Below, piece by piece: positions 10,190 to 22,640 of a DNA stretch of 64,000 bases. Source of the stretch: Carcharhinus amblyrhynchos (lineage: Eukaryota); contig OZ336882.1 in NCBI GenBank assembly GCA_965287045.1, forward strand, positions 60,140,001 through 60,204,000, given 5' to 3'. Position 1 is the stretch's first letter, and each line of letters starts with the position of its first letter. The translations under genes were made by a program, and so were the position numbers. The notes beneath the pieces are model-generated. The model saw only the letters and a program-made list of their open reading frames with translations. It searched no databases and was not told the DNA's origin.

Positions 10190-13100
10190 ATCATTTTACA
10201 GGATGTGGGTGTCTCTGGCTAGGCCAGCATTTATAGCCCATCTCTAGTTGTCTTTCAAAAGGTGGAGGTAAGCTGCCTTCTTGAACTGCTGCAGTCCCTG
10301 AGGTGTAGGTACACCCACGATGCTGCTAGGCAGGGAGTTCCAGTATGTTGACACAGCGATAGGGAAGCAATGGCAAGTCAGGATGGTGAGTGAATTGGAG
10401 GGGAACCTCCAGGTGGTTGTGTCCCCAGGCATCTGCTGCTCTTGTCTTTCTAGATGGTAGTGGTTGTAGGTTTCAAAGGTGTTGTCTAGGAGCCTTGGTG
10501 AGTTCCTAGAATGCATCTTGTAGATGGTACACATAGCTGCCACTGTTCATTGGTGACGGAAAGAGTGAATGTTTGTAGAAAGTGTAGCAATTAAGCAGGC
10601 TGCGTGGTCCTGGATGGTGTCAAGCTTCTTGAGTGTTGTTGGAACTGCAGTCACCCAGGCAAGTGGAGAGTATTCCATTACACTCCTGAATAGTGCCTTG
10701 TTGATGGTAGACAGGCTTCGGATGGGTCAGGAAGTGAGTTACTTGCTGCAGGGTTCCTAGCTTCTGACCACAGTATTTATATGGCCCATCCAATTCAATT
10801 TCTGGTCATTGGTAACTCTCAGGAGGCTCATAGTGGGAGATTCAGTGATGGTAATACAATTGAATTTCAAGGGATGATGGTTAGATCCTCTCTTGTTGGA
10901 GATGGCCTTTGCCTGGCACTAGTGTGAATGTTACTTGCCACTTGTCAGTGCAATCCTGGATATTGTCCAGGTCTTGCTGCATTTGGACATGAACTGCTTC
11001 ACTATCCGAGGAATCATGAATGGTATCGAACATTGTGCAATCATCAGTCCAACATCCATACTTCTGACTTCATTATGGAAGAGATGTCATTGATGAATCA
11101 GCTGAAGGTGGTTGGGCCTAGGACACTACTCTGAGGCATTCTTGCAAGGATGTCCTGGAGCTGAGATGATCGACATCCAACCGCCACAATCACCTTCCTT
11201 TGTGCCAGGTATGACTTCAACCAGTAGACAGGTTTCTCATGATTCCTATTGACTCCAGTTTTGCTAGGGCTCCTTGATGCCATACTGATCAACTGCTACC
11301 TTGATGTCAAGGACAGTCACTATCATCTCAACTCCAGAGTTCAGCTCTTTTGTCTGTATTTGAGCCAAGGCTATAATGAGGTCAGGAACTGAGTGACCCT
11401 GGCAAAACACAAACTGAACATCTGTGAGCAGGTTATTGCTGAGTAAGTGCTGTTTGATTGTACTGTTCATGACCCCTTCCATCACTTTGCTCATAATCAA
11501 GAGTGGACTGATGGGCTGGTAACTGGCCACATTGGAGTTATCCTGGTTCTTGTGTACGGGACATACAAAGGCAATTTTCCACTTTGTGGAAGAAGTAATT
11601 TTCCTAATGTCAACAGTGGAACACGTCAACGTGTCAGTGTTGTAGCTGTACTGAATCAGCTCGGCTTAGGGGCGTAGCAAGTTCATTGGCAATGGAATCG
11701 CTTAGCTCTGTCTACTACTTACTGGTTATGTTGATTGGTACTCACCAGATTGATACTTCATTGTTAGGTATGCCTGGTGTTGCTCCTGGCATGTCCTCCT
11801 GAACTCTTCATTGAACCAGGGCTTATCCCCTGGCTTGGTGGTAATGGAGGAGTGGGGGATATGCCAGGATATGAGATTACAGATTGTGGTCGAGCACAAT
11901 TCTGCTGCTGCTGATGGTCTACAGCGCCTCATGGATGCCCATACTTGAGTTGCTAGATCTGTTCAACATCTATCCCACTTAGCACAATGATACTGCCACA
12001 CAACAACATAGGAGGTATCCTCAATGTAAAGATGAGTCTTTGGGCCCTATTTTATCATTTTGATTCTAAGTGCTGGGCAGACTTGAAACTGGGAATGTTT
12101 CAACCTGACTTTTAAACCCATTCTCAGGTGCCCCCATATGCACTCTGCCTTAAAAAAAATCAGCAATTCCGAATCATGCTGCAGAAGTCTGTGGGCAGGG
12201 CATAATGCACCCAAAACCCTGCAGCTCCAATTGGCACCTCCATCTGCGTGTGCGCAGAGAAAAAAATGATAGAATGTGCATATCCCTCCTGGACCAGCTA
12301 ATTCCTCCCCCTGGCCCTCACAGACATTGCCCCACCCCCACAACATTACTGACCCCCTTATCCCCCCAGCCGCCCCGCCACCCAGACTGCTCATGGGCTG
12401 TTCCCTCCTCATCCGCACCGATCCCACGTAGCATGGCGGTGGACCCCCTTTCCCCTCACTGATTACAGGCAGAATGGCAGCGAATCCCCCCTCCTCCCTC
12501 CCCCCCATTGGTCTCAAGCAGAGAGCAGTTGGGCGCTCAGCACTTACCTCCTCAATAACTGGAGCACCCGAAATGGACTTCTGTGCAGCGTATCTGATTC
12601 GTGCAGATTTTGGATGGGCGAACGCAATTGTGAAGGGGTAAGTGCTGGTAAGGTTCAGTGTGCAGCTCTTTAAGTCAATTCAAATACATGCAAATACACC
12701 CATTTTGGGTGCAGTCCCGATCAGGGCCATTTTCAGATCTTGGTAAAGGGGGATACGGCACAGAGGCCGGCGCGGATCACGCTACTCACTTCACACCCAA
12801 TTTTACCAGGTTTTCGTGCCCAACTTGATGGTAAAATCGGGTCCTTTGTCTCGACAAACATTGTGCAGAGACCACTCCTACTGACACTGTCATGGACAAA
12901 TGCATCTGTGGCAGGCATGTTGGTGAGGATGAGGTCAAGTATGCTTTTCCTTCATGTTGGGTCCCTCATCACCTACCACAGATCCGGTCCAGCAGTTAAG
13001 TCCTTTAGGACCTGTCCAGCTCAGTCTCTGGTGTTACCACTGAGGCATTCTTGGTGATGGACATTTCAGAGGACATTTCATTAAGCATCAATCTCTCAGT

Positions 13101-13330
13101 CAGGTTAGGACGGCAGGCTTCCTTCTCTAAAGTACATCAGTGAACCAGGTGGGGTTTTACAACAATCGACAATGGTTTCATGGTCATCATTAGATTTCTT
13201 AATTCCAGATGTTTTATTGAGCTTAAATTCCACCATCTGCCAGGGTGGGATTCAAACCCGGATCCCCCTGAGCATTACCCTGGGTCTCTGGATTACTACT
13301 CCAGTGACAATACCACCATGTCACTTCCTC
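10190..13330 (-). mobile_element. Decayed non-LTR retrotransposon (second LINE family) with a tRNA-like 5' head
   Basis: RT motifs WKIAFVCPVHK..YQPISPL..SKVME..QF.F..GHS..LDIK and PQSSVLGP; EN remnant near 13040; 3' tail ~10195-10260; head 13090-13330 matches the SINEs at 15.1, 46.5 and 62.7 kb. Confidence 0.85.
12042..12844. mobile_element. Harbinger-type non-autonomous TIR element
   Basis: TIRs gggccctattttatcat / atggtaaaatcgggtcc; TSD ttt; removing it restores contiguous LINE sequence. Confidence 0.8.
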
Positions 13331-13339
13331 CACATCTGT

Positions 13340-13524
13340 GAAGGTAAAAGATCCTGTGGGAATATTCGAAGAGGTATCCTAACCAACATTCGTTCTTCAA
13401 CCAACATCACTTATCATCACTGGTCAATTCTCTTGTTGCTGTTTGTGGAATCTTGCTTTGTGTTTCCCTACATCACAAACTTGACTTAAAAAAAGACTTA
13501 ATTTTTGTGAAGTGTTTTAGAGAC
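13340..13524 (+). mobile_element. SacSINE1/Deu SINE, 3' part
   Basis: gtaaaagatcc...caaccaacatcact...gctgtttgtggaatcttgct; similar fragments at 7.07-7.23 and 52.73-52.95 kb. Confidence 0.6.
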
Positions 13525-13527
13525 TAG

Positions 13528-14475
13528 GGGCCCGATTTCACCATCAGGTTGCACCCGTTTTTGGGTGTGAAAACTTGATACAGTTGGGTGTGAGGCGAGT
13601 AGTGCAATCTGTGTCCACTTCCACACCGGTTCCTCCTTTATCAAGGCCCAAAAATGGTCACAATTGGGTCTGCACCCAAAACGGGCGCAAGGTCCATTTA
13701 AATGCATTTGCTTAATGGGCTGCACGCCCAACCTTACCACTGCTTCCCACTTTACAACTGCGTTCACCCATTCAGAATCAGCGTGAAACAGACATGACCA
13801 ATTCGGGCGCTCCAGCTAGTGAGGAGTTAAGTGCCGAGCATCTGCCAGCATTCTGCTTGAGATCAGTTGGGGAGCGTGGGGTTGGGGGGGGGGAGGGTGG
13901 GTGGGGGTCCGCTGCCACTCTGCCTGTGAGCAATGAGGGGAAAAGAACGTTGTCCGCTGTCACTCTGCCTGTGATCAGTGAGGGGGAAGGGGGGGATCTG
14001 CTGCCACTCTGCCTGTGATCAGTAAAGGGGAAGGGGTGTCCACTGCCGCTCTGCCTGAGATCAGTGACAGGGAAGGAGGGTTCTGCGACCACTTTGCCTA
14101 AGGTCAGTGAGGGAAGGGGGGAGAGGCCATGATCAGCCTTGGTGGAGGAAGGTGGGGGGGGTGCGGTGGAATAAGGGTGTTAGTAATGTTGAGGGGGTGG
14201 GGCAATGTCTGTGGAGGCGAGAAGGAGGCATTATCCAGGAGTGATTTGGCAGGTGAGCTGCATTCTATCTTTTTTTTGCGCATGCGCAATTGGAGATGCC
14301 CATCTGAGCTGCAGGATTTTGGGCATGTTATGCTCTGCCACAGGCTTCTGTAGCATGATTCAGAATTGCTAATATTTTTGCAGGCAGGATGCATATGGGA
14401 ACAGATCTACAGAGTGAAACATTCGTAGTTTCAAGTCCATCCAACACTTATAATTAAAATGGTAAAATAGGGCTC
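13528..14475. mobile_element. Harbinger-type TIR element, same family as 12042-12844, opposite orientation
   Basis: TIRs gggcccgatttcaccat / atggtaaaatagggctc; TSD tag; internal tandem of ~35-bp units (ctctgcctgtgatcagtgagggg). Confidence 0.8.
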
Positions 14476-14479
14476 TAGG

Positions 14480-14745
14480 AGTGAAGAGATGACCCTTTAG
14501 AACTGGGATCAGGAGGAATTTCTCCAGCCAGAGGATGATAGGTGTATGGAATTCATTGCCACAAAAAGCTGTGGAAGGTAAGAGTCTATTTAAGGCAGAG
14601 ATAGATAGGCTCTTGATTGGTAAGGGGATCAAAGGTTAAGGGAAAAGGTGGGGTAATGGGGTTGTACAACTTATCAGCCATGATTGAATGGTGAAGCAGG
14701 CTTGATGGGTCGAATGGCCTAATTCTGCTCCTATAACTTGTCTTA
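14480..14745 (+). mobile_element. CR1 LINE 3' fragment
   Basis: aggaggaatttctccagccagagg; 3' UTR gccatgattgaatggtgaagcaggcttgatgg. Confidence 0.75.
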
Positions 14746-15079
14746 TGGTGCCAAATAATTGCTTTCATTTTTAGGGAAGTGTTACTACAATATTTCTAAA
14801 TATCAATACAAAAACCCATCAAATGTAATAGTTATGCATTGCACACTTAACATTAAATCATTGTAATCTAGAATGCTCCACTCAAAATATTAACCTATTT
14901 TTCAGATATTGATAGACCCCTGTATTATTTTGTTTTCATATAAGATTATTAATTTGAGCTCTCCTGGCTCAGTAGGCAGGGGGGCTTCTGAGTCATGTCA
15001 CATTGGTTTTTAAATAGTATCAGCCTTTCACAATGAATGCAACAAGCTTATTACAGATAGAGTAACAAGGCACCAGAAG

Positions 15080-15550
15080 TGGGGAGGCAATGGTGTCATG
15101 GTATGCTATGGGTCATAATCAAAGATGTGGAGATGTGGGCATTGGGCTGGGTTAAACACAATAGGAAGTCTCATAAAACCAGGTTAAAGTCCAACTTTAA
15201 CCTGGTGTTGTCATAATCAAAGACCCAGGCTCATGCTCTGAAGATATGTGTTCAAATCCCACCATGGCAGCCGATGGAATTTAAATTAAGCTGACAAATC
15301 TGAAATATAAAGCTTGTCTCAGTGATGGTGCCATCAAACTACTACCTGATTCACTAATGATCTTTAAGGAAAGAAATCTGCTGTCCTTACCTGGTCTGGC
15401 CTACATATAACTTCAGATCTACAGCAATGCTGTGTCTTAACTGTCCCCTGAAATGCCCTAAAAAGCCACTCAGTTCAAGGGCAATTAGAGATGGGACAAC
15501 AAATACTGACCTTGCCAGTGACACCCACATCCAATGAAAGAATAAAGAGA
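15080..15550 (+). mobile_element. tRNA-derived SINE sharing head and tail with the 10.2-13.3 kb LINE family
   Basis: B-box gttcaaatccc; core ctgtccttacctggtctggcctaca; tail gatgggacaacaaatactgaccttgccagtgacacccacatcc. Confidence 0.8.
15126..15209. mobile_element. Short, older Penelope-like insertion with a mini inverted arm
   Basis: 14-bp TSD gtcataatcaaaga (15112-15125 / 15210-15223); accaggttaaag followed by ctttaacctggt; homologous to the 2.8 and 28.7 kb elements. Confidence 0.75.
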
Positions 15551-16355
15551 AAAGAAGTACGGTAGATACAGCCAGAGTTCTGTAAATGCATTATGTGGAG
15601 GATTATAAAGTGGTATTTTGACTCTAAATTTACACAGCACTAAGGAGATTGTGGCCTCCAAGATCATACCCAAAAACCTCATCACAAAGAACAGCAGACT
15701 CAATGGGCCAAATGGCTTAAATTTGCTCCAATAGCTTATTTTACAATGCCAAATAATTGGTTTCTTTTTGTGCTGGTTGTGAAGATCTTACCAATTACTT
15801 AGTGAAGAGCTCTGCATGTGAAGAATGCACTTCTGTAAAGTGGCTGTACTTTACAGCCACTCTCTACTTGCACTTAGTGATTTACCCAGACAGCTCTGTC
15901 TGTGACTGGCAAAACTGCTGATCACATTCATGCTTTATGGCAGCTGCTTTTTTCAAGCATTTTGACCAGTTTATTGACATTTACAATGCTGTCTAAGTTT
16001 GCATTCATCGGGTAACTGACATAACTATTAGGCAAGCTTAGAAATTCATTCAATATGACAGGACAGAAAAACAACAGCCGGAAAAGGGCGTCTAGTTTCA
16101 TCACATTACTGGGTTCTCTCAAGGGCACAGTATGCTGGATGGTGTTTTGTTGTAAACAGGTGAGAAGAAGTGAATTGGTTCCCCTCTATCCAACCTCCTC
16201 AGTTTAAATTTCCTTTAAATGTGGATATGCCTTTTTTCAAATCCAAATGTCTATTATTTAAGCTGTGAGGAATAAGACGCCAATCAAACAAGATTTTCTC
16301 ATGTCAAAGAAAGAGCAAATTTATTAGACATTAAATGCAGGAGAAAAAAATATAA

Positions 16356-16376
16356 CACACACACACACACACACAC
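16356..16376. repeat. (CA)n microsatellite
   Basis: About 10 CA units. Confidence 0.9.
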
Positions 16377-17869
16377 CCCCAGGAGAATATTTCTGTTTTC
16401 CCCCAGCCTTGCAACAGCCCACCCCTTCTCCCGGAATTGTCCCTGGCATGGCCCCTGGCACTGCCCCCTTCTGGGGAGATTTGGGCTTCTCACAGGATTT
16501 TCTGCTATTCACACATGAACAGAATGAGAGTGGTAAAAGTATATACAGTTAAGCATCCTTTGATTGTTCTTGAGTAATAGATTTTTACACATTGTGGCTG
16601 ATTTAGGTTAGTTGGTTTCTTGACTGCAATCAGAGGTAGAAGGTGTTGCGATTCCTATGAGATTTCAGGTACACTGACTTCCTCAAACTAATTAATTCAC
16701 TTGTTCTAAAGGAGAGGGAGATAATTCTTCAGCCTTTCTCTTCTGCTAAAATCTCTTGTTAAAATAAAACGCTGCTCTCATGTGTTGCACCTCCCCTGTT
16801 ACACCTCATCCATTGTGTATTTCTAAGGCATTTTAGGTGGGTCTGTCCACAGGAACCATTGTTTCAATAGACAGCATATTGCATTTTAATCTCTCCTCCA
16901 CAGATAGTGATGAGTGTCATTAGCTATCTGGGCTAAGAACTGTCTCTCTCTTCACGCTGTCTTAAGGGCTCACCTAAAGAATCTCAGTTCAAGTTGCAGA
17001 GCTTGAATTGTATGTGAATTGTGGCAGTCATCTGTAGTCAGTGGGCACGATTCACTTGAATTGGTTCTAAGTGTTGCCGCCAGTGGCAGTGCCTGTCAAG
17101 AGGGATTCACCCACCTTTAGTATTCAAAATATTAATAGCACAAAATACACTGGCCAGCCCACCTTCACAGATATCGGGGCTTCTGCTCTCCCTGAGACGT
17201 TCAAAGAATAAAGTAATGTGGCTAGATGGCTTGTGTGTGCCAAAGTAACTCATTGCTATTATGGATAAGCTCTCCCTCAGTGAATGGACAAGAACTGTAG
17301 CTGTGATATGTCTCCACATGTTGTGACAGAGGGAACCATAGTAATGTTAAACAGGGTCTTCTGTTGTGTCAGTAGATTAGGAGTGCTCCACAATGAGACC
17401 CTGAAGATGTACCTCATGTAGTTATAATTAATTGTGCCCTACTTATTTGTGCCTTTCAAGGACAAATACTCATGGATATGCCATTTGTGTCATTCATGGG
17501 CAGTCAATGAAAACAGTTTCTAGTGCTGCTATTTATATTTTTCTATGGATCTCCACTTTGGTGAATAGAAATATAGATTTCTATAGCATATAACACAGAA
17601 TGCATTATCAAGCCACTGATGTGGAACATCTTCATATTCCTATAACTGAATAAGTCAACTAACATTTTTATTATATAGAATATCTGGTGATCAAAGTCTG
17701 CAAATGCTAAATTCTCATTGAACTTCTCAGCAAAAGTTGAACTGCGGGTCTTAAATAAGCTGATTTTGCTGATCAAAAACAAGAAACTGACACTCCATTA
17801 GCGAATTAATTCTCAGTCCCCTTTGTTCCACTATCTATAAGTCAAAATAGAAGGTAGTTTCACATTTAG

Positions 17870-18040
17870 TGGGCAGGATTTTGGGATCTCCTGGCTATTC
17901 CCACCTTCCAATCCCATCAAAGGCGACCCCCCCCAACTCAGTGATTTCCTTATCGGTGGGATGGACAAGCCAGGCAAAATGCTGTAGACATCAGCAGACC
18001 TGGGACATCCTGCCAACAGCCAATGGTGGAAAACCCACCC
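17870..18040. mobile_element. Small MITE
   Basis: Imperfect TIRs gggcaggattttg / gaaaacccaccc. Confidence 0.45.
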
Positions 18041-19372
18041 AATGATTCCAGCCCTTCACTCCAGATTTCCTTCAGCTAATTTCAAATTCTAAAAACTGCT
18101 GTACTGAGATTTGAACTCTCTAGATTGTGAGTCCTGACTCCTCTATCCAGTTATATGTTCGCTGCACTACTATTTATTGTTTATCTGGCAGTAATCAAGC
18201 AAGCAATAAAAGAACTAACCTCACAAAGTAAATCATAGAAAAGGTTTAATAAAGAAACTTCATTACACCACCACTTGGGCATGTGCTGGGCCACAAATGC
18301 TCTCCACAATCCCCATCTGCTTTCTATTTATACCGGATCAGCATGTTATAATTGGTTACATTCTAACATTTATTACCCTGTTTTTGGAAGCTAAATCTCA
18401 TCCCATTGTGTGAGGACTCACCACTGAAAAAAGGCCACTTGGCATCAGAAGGCATCCGGCCCTCTGGAATATCTTTCAGGAAAAAGGGGCAAAATGGAAG
18501 CAGGAATCTAAACAATATTTGTGAGTGAAGAAAAATGGTTTCGAAATGTATTTTGGTATTTTCTCCTCAAAGTCACATTCTTCCAGTTCCACCCCTTACT
18601 GAGAAAATGTGTAATGAAAGTGCAACTGTAGAGAGTTTAAATGTAAAAAAATAGATGTCAGATCAAATCTCTACTATGAAAAACAGCAAGATAGAATTAA
18701 CTGCTGAATCTTGATATAAAAAGACATCACTTCAATTAAAATCAGTCAATGTTCCATTTCAATAATTCAGGCAGCAAATGACTGAAAGTTGCTTTGCCCA
18801 TCTAATTGTATGTTTGCAGTCATATGAAAGCAGGGAAAATGTCTTTTCAATAATCCATTTTGACCTATTTTGTCCCGTTGCTCAAGAAATCCTTTTTAAA
18901 ATAATGGGCCCTGCCTTTTTCTGCAGGTTTGTAATCCACAATTTGTTTCATTGCCATTTTGTTCTAAAGTAGCTGTGAATCATAAAAGGTATTTTTAAGA
19001 GAACTCAGGCCAAGAATGGATTCTATAATAAAGGAGTGGGGGATGCGGATGATCAGATTTACAAACCATTTCAGAAATTCAGAATCTTGCCAGCGGCTGA
19101 AAGCACCATCCAACATAAAGATAAGTCAAATCCAAGTTTCAAACTCCAAGTCACATAGGGAAAGAAATTCTGGAATTTTACTCTTCACGGTAAATTTTTG
19201 TTCTGGGAGATCATATCGACCCTCAAGTATATTGGTGTACCTTAATACAAAGTGACCTTCATCCTAACCAGGAACAGGTTTAATTCTTTCTCGAAAGGAT
19301 TCAGTGAGTCAGCGTTCACTGTGTGAGCCAATAGCCTTTACCACACCTTCACTAATCTTTCGGAAAGAACAT

Positions 19373-19685
19373 GGCAGCATGTTGGCACACTGGTTAGCAT
19401 TGCTGTTTCACAGTGTCATGGACCCAGATTCGATTTCCGGTTTGGTTCACTATCTGTGCAGAGTCTGCACACTCTCCCTGTGTCTTCGTGGGTTTCTTCA
19501 GGATGGTCCAGTTTCCTCCCATTTTCTGAAAGACATGCTGGTTAGGAGAATTGGCCATGCTAAATTCTTCCTCAATGTTCCCAAACGGGTGCCGGAGTGT
19601 GGCAACTAGGAGATTTTCACTGGGTAATTTCATTGCAATGCTAATGTAAGCCTACTTGTGACTAATAAATAAACTTTAACTTTAA
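19373..19685 (+). mobile_element. V-SINE variant: HE1-like head and body with an alternative 3' tail
   Basis: Tail gtgtggcaactaggagattttcac...gcctacttgtgactaataaataaactttaac. Confidence 0.85.
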
Positions 19686-20003
19686 ATGCCCAATCTCTAA
19701 CCTAGTTCTACCTTTATATAACTTAGAAATACAATCCTTGGTTCTCACTAACCTCCAGTTCAAATAACTTGACATTAGAAACACCACCTAATTCCTATAT
19801 CATTTATAAACCTTCATCAAGTCATGCTTTAGTCTACACTTCTCTGAGGCATATAAACCCAGTTTTTAAAACACTATTGTTAGCCAGATAGGTTTAAAAC
19901 TGGGGATTAATAGCCCTTGATTTTACTCTTTCCAACGGCTGAATATTCAATATGTAAGAGGATTGAGACCATACTCAATACCTATTTTTATTCATGAGGT
20001 TGT

Positions 20004-20858
20004 TGTGAGGGTCCAGACCAGAAACTCCAAGGTATGTTATGAAGTTAGACTAGAACCAACTATTTTTGATTTTGGCATTAGTGTGAGCGTAAGGCATTTC
20101 TAATGACCTAACAGGAAGCTTTTATTAAAACAAACTTTACTTAAAAATATAGTTTTATTATAACAAAAAGAATAAGCATAACTTTTACCAACTGAAATAC
20201 TTAAACATGACAAAGTATAATTCTTAACTGCTAGCTATCTCTATTAGTTCCAGTTTAAACAAAATCCTCATCGACGTAAACTCCTCTTCCAGATCAGTTA
20301 GCCAAAACACAGGCTTAGGTGGATTGCTAGGCTTCCAGCCTTTTAACACTTCTGGACAGTGATACAGAGAGATATCTGTCTTCTGATTCTCTCAGACAGC
20401 GGCGTCCAGAGAGAGACTGATCTTCTCGCAACACAACTCCAGAGAGAGATATATCTTCACACAATGTAACTCCAGAGAGAGATCTATCTTCATACAACAG
20501 AACTCCAGAGAGAGGTACTTATTTTCTAGCAAGTCCCACACTTCAATTTCCAGAGAAAGAGAGAGCAAGAGTTGTTCCTTTTTCAAATTCAAACATCAAC
20601 TGCCTGCTTTTCTTCTCTGTAATCCTAGCTCCATTCATTCACATGACTCTTCTTGCCAAGTAGCATAATTAAACCCTACTCTGAAACCCCAGTAAACCAC
20701 CCTAAAGATAGTAAAACTGCATTAACTCAGATTAGAACAAATACCCCAATGATGAGGAGTAAGAACTCTGCATGCAGGCTGCTGATTGTAGACAATTGGC
20801 ACCAAAAACAGTCCCCTCACAACACAAAGACATTTCTTAAAGGCACAGAATCATCACA
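20004..20858 (-). mobile_element. Solo-LTR-like element
   Basis: TG...CA ends; AATAAA on minus strand; layout similar to the 35.6 and 50.2 kb elements; no clear TSD. Confidence 0.4.
20365..20565. repeat. 33-bp tandem repeat (ctccagagagagatctatcttc core), about 5 copies
   Basis: tccagagagaga recurs at ~20405, 20438, 20471, 20504 and degenerate 20549. Confidence 0.8.
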
Positions 20859-21019
20859 ACTGTGCACATTTTTAGAACAAATGTAATAGACATTAGTATT
20901 TATTTTATACCCTGCAGTAAATGTATCACAAGATTCGACTAATTATTTAAAAACCAAGAAGCACAAGAATAAATTAATAATGCCAGTGACTCCCGCATCC
21001 TGAGAATGAATTTATGGAT

Positions 21020-22640
21020 CTGGATGATTAATTCCAGGAGGAACACAGTGACCTAACAAAACACACATTGATTCTTTATTCACCATAAAATTGACTAGAA
21101 AAGTTTAGCAAATGAATTGTTTTCAGTACATTTTGAGCAGCGCCATGGGAGATTATCTATATACAATCATAACAGTTGCATGGATTCCTGCCCCAATCAA
21201 CCTCGGGTGATGTTTGAGCAGTCACTCAGCAATTAAGGGGGGGCATGGTCCATCTTGAAGGCTGAGCCTATTAAACTGCTTACTTACCATTTTAAATATC
21301 ACGTCAGTATACTTTTCCTCTGAGAGGGAAATTCTTTCGATTAGCTTGGAATCTCCTACTCAGAGAAGCAAACTATTTTAATAGGACAGCCCATCTGATC
21401 TGGACCAACCCCTCAGTATATGGCTTGGTGGGTATCTGCTTCACAAGCAGAGTTTGGATGGAGCTGTGGGAGGCTGGTGGAGGTGGTGACTTGTGGTAGG
21501 TGGAGAAGGAGCAGTCCAGGCTTTTTGTCAAATTCCTATGGCTGTGGAAGCAGTTATAGCTGGATGTCAGGGTTAACTTTCCATTCACTGGATTCAACTA
21601 ATACAGTGTGAATTGTTCTGATACTCCCGGGAACGGGTCTCTCGGTTCAGGGGTCGGGCAATGACCTGACTTGGATGGTCACAGTTTGAGCTGTTTCTCA
21701 CTTGTCGAGTGAGTGACCTGGCCCAACCTCAAGTGGTTGAGGTTTGTTTGAATATCCTGTTGAAAGTTGAAATCTGGGATGCATCACTTGGGTCAGTTAC
21801 CACAGAAAAGTAAGGTTTATTTATTAATGTCATAAGTAGGCTTACATTAAAACTTCAATGAAGTTACTGTGAAAATCCCCTAGTTGCCACACTTTGGCGC
21901 CTGTTTGGGTGCACTGAGGGAGAGCTTAGCATAGTCAATGCACCTAACCAGCTCATTTTTTGGATTGTGAGATGAACCTAGAGGAAGCCCATGCAGACAT
22001 GGGGAGAATGTGCAGCCTCCACACAGACAGTGACCCAAGTCAGGAATTAAACCCAGGTCCCTGGCACTGTAAGGCAGCAGTGCTAACCACTGTGCCGCTA
22101 TTGATGATGTTTGTAGTCAAGCAAGAGGTATGCCATCAAGAAGTGGGATTGTCATTAGTTTGTAGTGTGTGGAGTGCATTCTGGTTGGGGCTATGTGATT
22201 TCAGGCAAGTACCTGGGGCTGGATTTTACATTCCCCCCACTAGGCATGTTTTTGTGGGGTATGTTGGTACAATATGTCAGGAGTCAGTCCCCCAGCTTCT
22301 TTCCCATCCCCAATACAGTCCTCTTAAAACAAGGAGTGCCACTGATCTGCCCACCCATAGACTTATTGAAGTCTTTAAGCAGCCAATTATTGACGCCCTC
22401 CCTCCTGCCCCCCAACCACCACCAGCTTCACATAAAGTTCAGCTCCTGCGTTTTTTTTATCCAAAACTTGTGTGAATGGGAGTGCTTTATTAGCTGTTGG
22501 CCAATGAGGAGGATGCCATCTCCACATTCATCAGGATATTCAATGTGTACTAGCGCAAGGGTATCCCAAAATCCAAGAGGGTTACTTGGAATGCTAATAT
22601 TTAATTGTTTATGTTGCAATTTGGTATAATCCGAAGAAAG
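21020..22640 (-). mobile_element. Highly decayed Gypsy retrotransposon 3' part (integrase region, probable LTR)
   Basis: ECGDGILLIGQQLI (cf. DGILLRGxRxVIP); QPLEVG..VIARP motif near 21.65-21.75 kb; AATAAA on minus strand near 21075. Confidence 0.4.
21808..22099 (-). mobile_element. V-SINE, alternative-tail variant
   Basis: Reverse complement of the 19373-19685 family. Confidence 0.85.

Noticed and set aside
20365-20565. Repeat-spacer appearance suggestive of a CRISPR array
   Set aside because: Vertebrate context, degenerate 33-bp tandem units with related spacers, no cas genes
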